A DNA stretch of 32,000 nucleotides from positions 1,260,001-1,292,000 of the forward strand of contig NC_014205.1 in assembly GCF_000092465.1 (NCBI RefSeq), in the 5' to 3' direction. The notes beneath the pieces were generated by a model. That model was not told where the DNA came from. It did no database searches and was given only the letters and a program-made list of their open reading frames with translations. Both the position numbers and the translations under genes were made by a program. This stretch comes from Staphylothermus hellenicus DSM 12710. Lineage in GTDB: Archaea > Thermoproteota > Thermoprotei_A > Sulfolobales > Desulfurococcaceae. Shown piece by piece: positions 30,161 through 32,000 of this stretch. The number at the start of each line of letters is the position of its first letter. The stretch's first letter is position 1.

Positions 30161-30826
30161 ATGGCTGAATACGGGCAGGATACATTAGCAGAGATACATG
30201 TGTATGAAAACATGGTTAATCTGCTTAACCAAGCAGATGATGTTATTAAGGCATTTACAGATGTTTTATCGAATCTTTTATCGGATCAAGAGTTCGACAA
30301 GTTATATAATAAGATACAAGCACCAAAGATACGGGTCGAGGAAAATAGGCTTATGTTAATGGAGTATCTTATAAGACTTGGAGAAACACTGCCTAATAGA
30401 CAAAACTATATATCTATTGCTCTCGGAATAGATAGACTTGTCCAGCTATTAGATGGCGCATCATATAGATTAACCCTTTTAAGAATGAAGGGATACAGAA
30501 TAGATCAGAACATCTATGATCAGCTGAAAGAACTAGCATCCACTGTCATAGCACAATATCATGAATTAAATGAGGGGTTAAACAAGCTTAAAACCGATCC
30601 TAAGAAAACCATAATGCATGTAAGAGAAATATCCCGTTTAGAAAATAAGGCAGACGAACTATATAGAAACCTAACTTTCACTATATACACTAAATATGAG
30701 AACAAAATTGTACCGTTAATGGTATTAAAAGATGCTATTGATTTTCTAGAAAACGCTGCCGATTTATTAAAGGCCTTAGGTGAAGAGCTACGATTTCTAG
30801 CACTGCACAGAATACTGATAACATAG
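30161..30826 (+). CDS. DUF47 / PhoU-like helical protein
   Basis: 221 aa, all-helical. The segment REISRLENKADELYRNL resembles the DUF47 (TIGR00153) signature region. No adjacent phosphate transporter. Confidence 0.5.
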   Translation: MAEYGQDTLAEIHVYENMVNLLNQADDVIKAFTDVLSNLLSDQEFDKLYNKIQAPKIRVEENRLMLMEYLIRLGETLPNRQNYISIALGIDRLVQLLDGASYRLTLLRMKGYRIDQNIYDQLKELASTVIAQYHELNEGLNKLKTDPKKTIMHVREISRLENKADELYRNLTFTIYTKYENKIVPLMVLKDAIDFLENAADLLKALGEELRFLALHRILIT

Positions 30827-31380
30827 CCGGCATCAAGACGGAGACCTGTAAAGGCTATCTCCTCTATAACCGTGTAATTGTTCCCGAATATGATTGTGCA
30901 AATAAAATATATTGGAACGGCTATTATGGTTCATTCCTAGGAATACAAAAACCTAGAAATAAAAATATTCAAGCACCACTAGAATTATCCATTATTGAAG
31001 CACTATATTTGTTCGAGAAAAAAACCCTAGACATCTACATGGGAAATAAAAAAGTAGAAGAGAACGAGCTATATACTATAGGAAACAAGTATATTGAAAG
31101 ATTTAAGGAGCTCTACATTGTTTATAAAGATCTAAGAGAACGTGGATTTATTGTAAGACGAGGACTAAAATTTGGCTGTGATTACCTGATCTACAGGTTT
31201 GGTCCAGGAATAGATCATGCCCCATTTGGTGTCGAAGTATTTTTATCAAGCGAAAAATATGATCCAATAGACATTGTTAGAATAGGCCGCCTATTACATT
31301 CTGTGAGGAAAAAACTGATAATAGCAATAGTTAGTGGTGAACAAATAAAGTATGTATTATTATCTTGGTGGAAACCATGA
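30823..31380 (+). CDS. endA: tRNA-splicing endonuclease, catalytic subunit (EndA); start codon uncertain or non-canonical
   Basis: Catalytic C-terminal domain YKDLRERGFIVRRGLKFGCDYLIYRFGPGIDHAPFGVEV...LLHSVRKKL (Tyr/His/Lys triad). The ORF track starts at TTG 31009. The same frame is open from 30784 and encodes the conserved N-terminal domain (KGYLLYNRVIVPEYDCANKIYWNGYYGSFLGIQKP...PLELSIIEALYLFEK) without any in-frame ATG/GTG/TTG. The 5' coordinate given is the ATA that overlaps the upstream TAG stop. Confidence 0.8.
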   Translation: MAGIKTETCKGYLLYNRVIVPEYDCANKIYWNGYYGSFLGIQKPRNKNIQAPLELSIIEALYLFEKKTLDIYMGNKKVEENELYTIGNKYIERFKELYIVYKDLRERGFIVRRGLKFGCDYLIYRFGPGIDHAPFGVEVFLSSEKYDPIDIVRIGRLLHSVRKKLIIAIVSGEQIKYVLLSWWKP

Positions 31381-31500
31381 GAAAATATATAAGACGTTAT
31401 GGTGATATAGACTCTAGAAGTTCATCATTAACAGTTTATATGAATAGTAAAGCTAGGGAATAGGAAAAAATAATGGAAACGATGTGGAGCTGATTAACCC

Positions 31501-31896
31501 TTGAATAAGCGTCCATTTAATAAATCCTATTCTAGTCGAGGCCCGCATCGATCTTTCAAAAATGATAGGAGCAGGCCTCTTCAAAGAAAAGCTTATCCAA
31601 TGCCTAAAGGTGACAAATGCAATCCATTATGTCCATTTTTTGTATGTACAAGGAATGCATTAGTGATAGTGACAAAATCTTATAGGGGCAAGATCAGAAA
31701 GGTGGCTTTCTGCAGACTAACTGGTAGCGAATGTATTGGTGCAGAATGCAAATTTGCAAGTTGTAGAATCAATGCACTATTACCTGACGGTAGATGCGCT
31801 AAGGCTTTAGAGAAAAAAACACGTAAAACAACAGATAAAGAGCTCTTCCGCGAAATGGAAGAGATCGAAGATTACGATGTAGAAGATTTCCTCTAA
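31501..31896 (+). CDS. hypothetical 8-Cys protein with basic N-terminus and acidic tail
   Basis: 131-aa ORF from TTG 31501. It is preceded by GGAGCTGAT (31484-31492), an 8/9 match to the complement of the 16S 3' end found in this window (anti-SD ...GGAUCACCUCC). An alternative ATG lies at 31597. Cys pattern [10 protein letters not shown]...[19 protein letters not shown]...GRC. Confidence 0.6.
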   Translation: MNKRPFNKSYSSRGPHRSFKNDRSRPLQRKAYPMPKGDKCNPLCPFFVCTRNALVIVTKSYRGKIRKVAFCRLTGSECIGAECKFASCRINALLPDGRCAKALEKKTRKTTDKELFREMEEIEDYDVEDFL

Positions 31897-32000
31897 CACG
31901 ACATCCATCTACAGTATAAATTATGAGGAACTCCTAAGGAATCCAATACTTTTCCAACAATAAACAATACTATATCATCTAATGTTTTTGGCTTAGAATA
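31893..32000 (-). CDS. possible C-terminal end of a gene entering from the right edge
   Basis: The reverse frame is open for all 35 codons from the window edge to a TAG at 31895-31893 (...[35 protein letters not shown]). That is unusual for AT-rich DNA but too short to identify. Confidence 0.25.
   Translation of the reverse strand, partial: YSKPKTLDDIVLFIVGKVLDSLGVPHNLYCRWMSC

Overview
This is an AT-rich (about 35% GC by eye) archaeal chromosome segment in which only the stable-RNA genes are strongly GC-rich. That pattern indicates a hyperthermophilic crenarchaeon, probably Desulfurococcales-like; I cannot name the species from the sequence alone.

The core of the window is a minus-strand 16S-23S rRNA operon (6.8-11.9 kb). 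It has no spacer tRNA and no linked 5S, it has long processing stems, and it carries one 56-nt bulge-helix-bulge (BHB) intron in 23S domain IV.

Six tRNA genes are present: Thr-GGU, Cys-GCA, Pro-UGG, Met-CAU, Arg-CCU and Gln-CUG. All six are intron-containing, and the Pro intron sits at the non-canonical 32/33 position.

Protein genes are mostly housekeeping:
- sugar and lipid metabolism: bifunctional PGI/PMI, a UbiA-type prenyltransferase, galT-galK, a GH38 alpha-mannosidase;
- information processing: TFB, aSUI1, RpoP, glycyl-tRNA synthetase, AlaX, tRNA-splicing endonuclease;
- other enzymes and transporters: HAD phosphatase, MBL-fold hydrolase, ZIP transporter, agmatinase, a radical-SAM protein, a DUF47-like protein;
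- several hypothetical proteins.

I do not see a multi-gene defence or mobile system. The features worth a second look are small:
- a 2-repeat CRISPR-like mini-array with an inverted third repeat copy beside tRNA-Thr;
- an H/ACA-type sRNA candidate just upstream of the rRNA operon;
- a C/D-box sRNA candidate upstream of galT;
- a roughly 200-nt GC-rich structured element that appears to split a secreted-protein gene;
- an endA gene whose conserved N-terminal domain has no ATG/GTG/TTG start.
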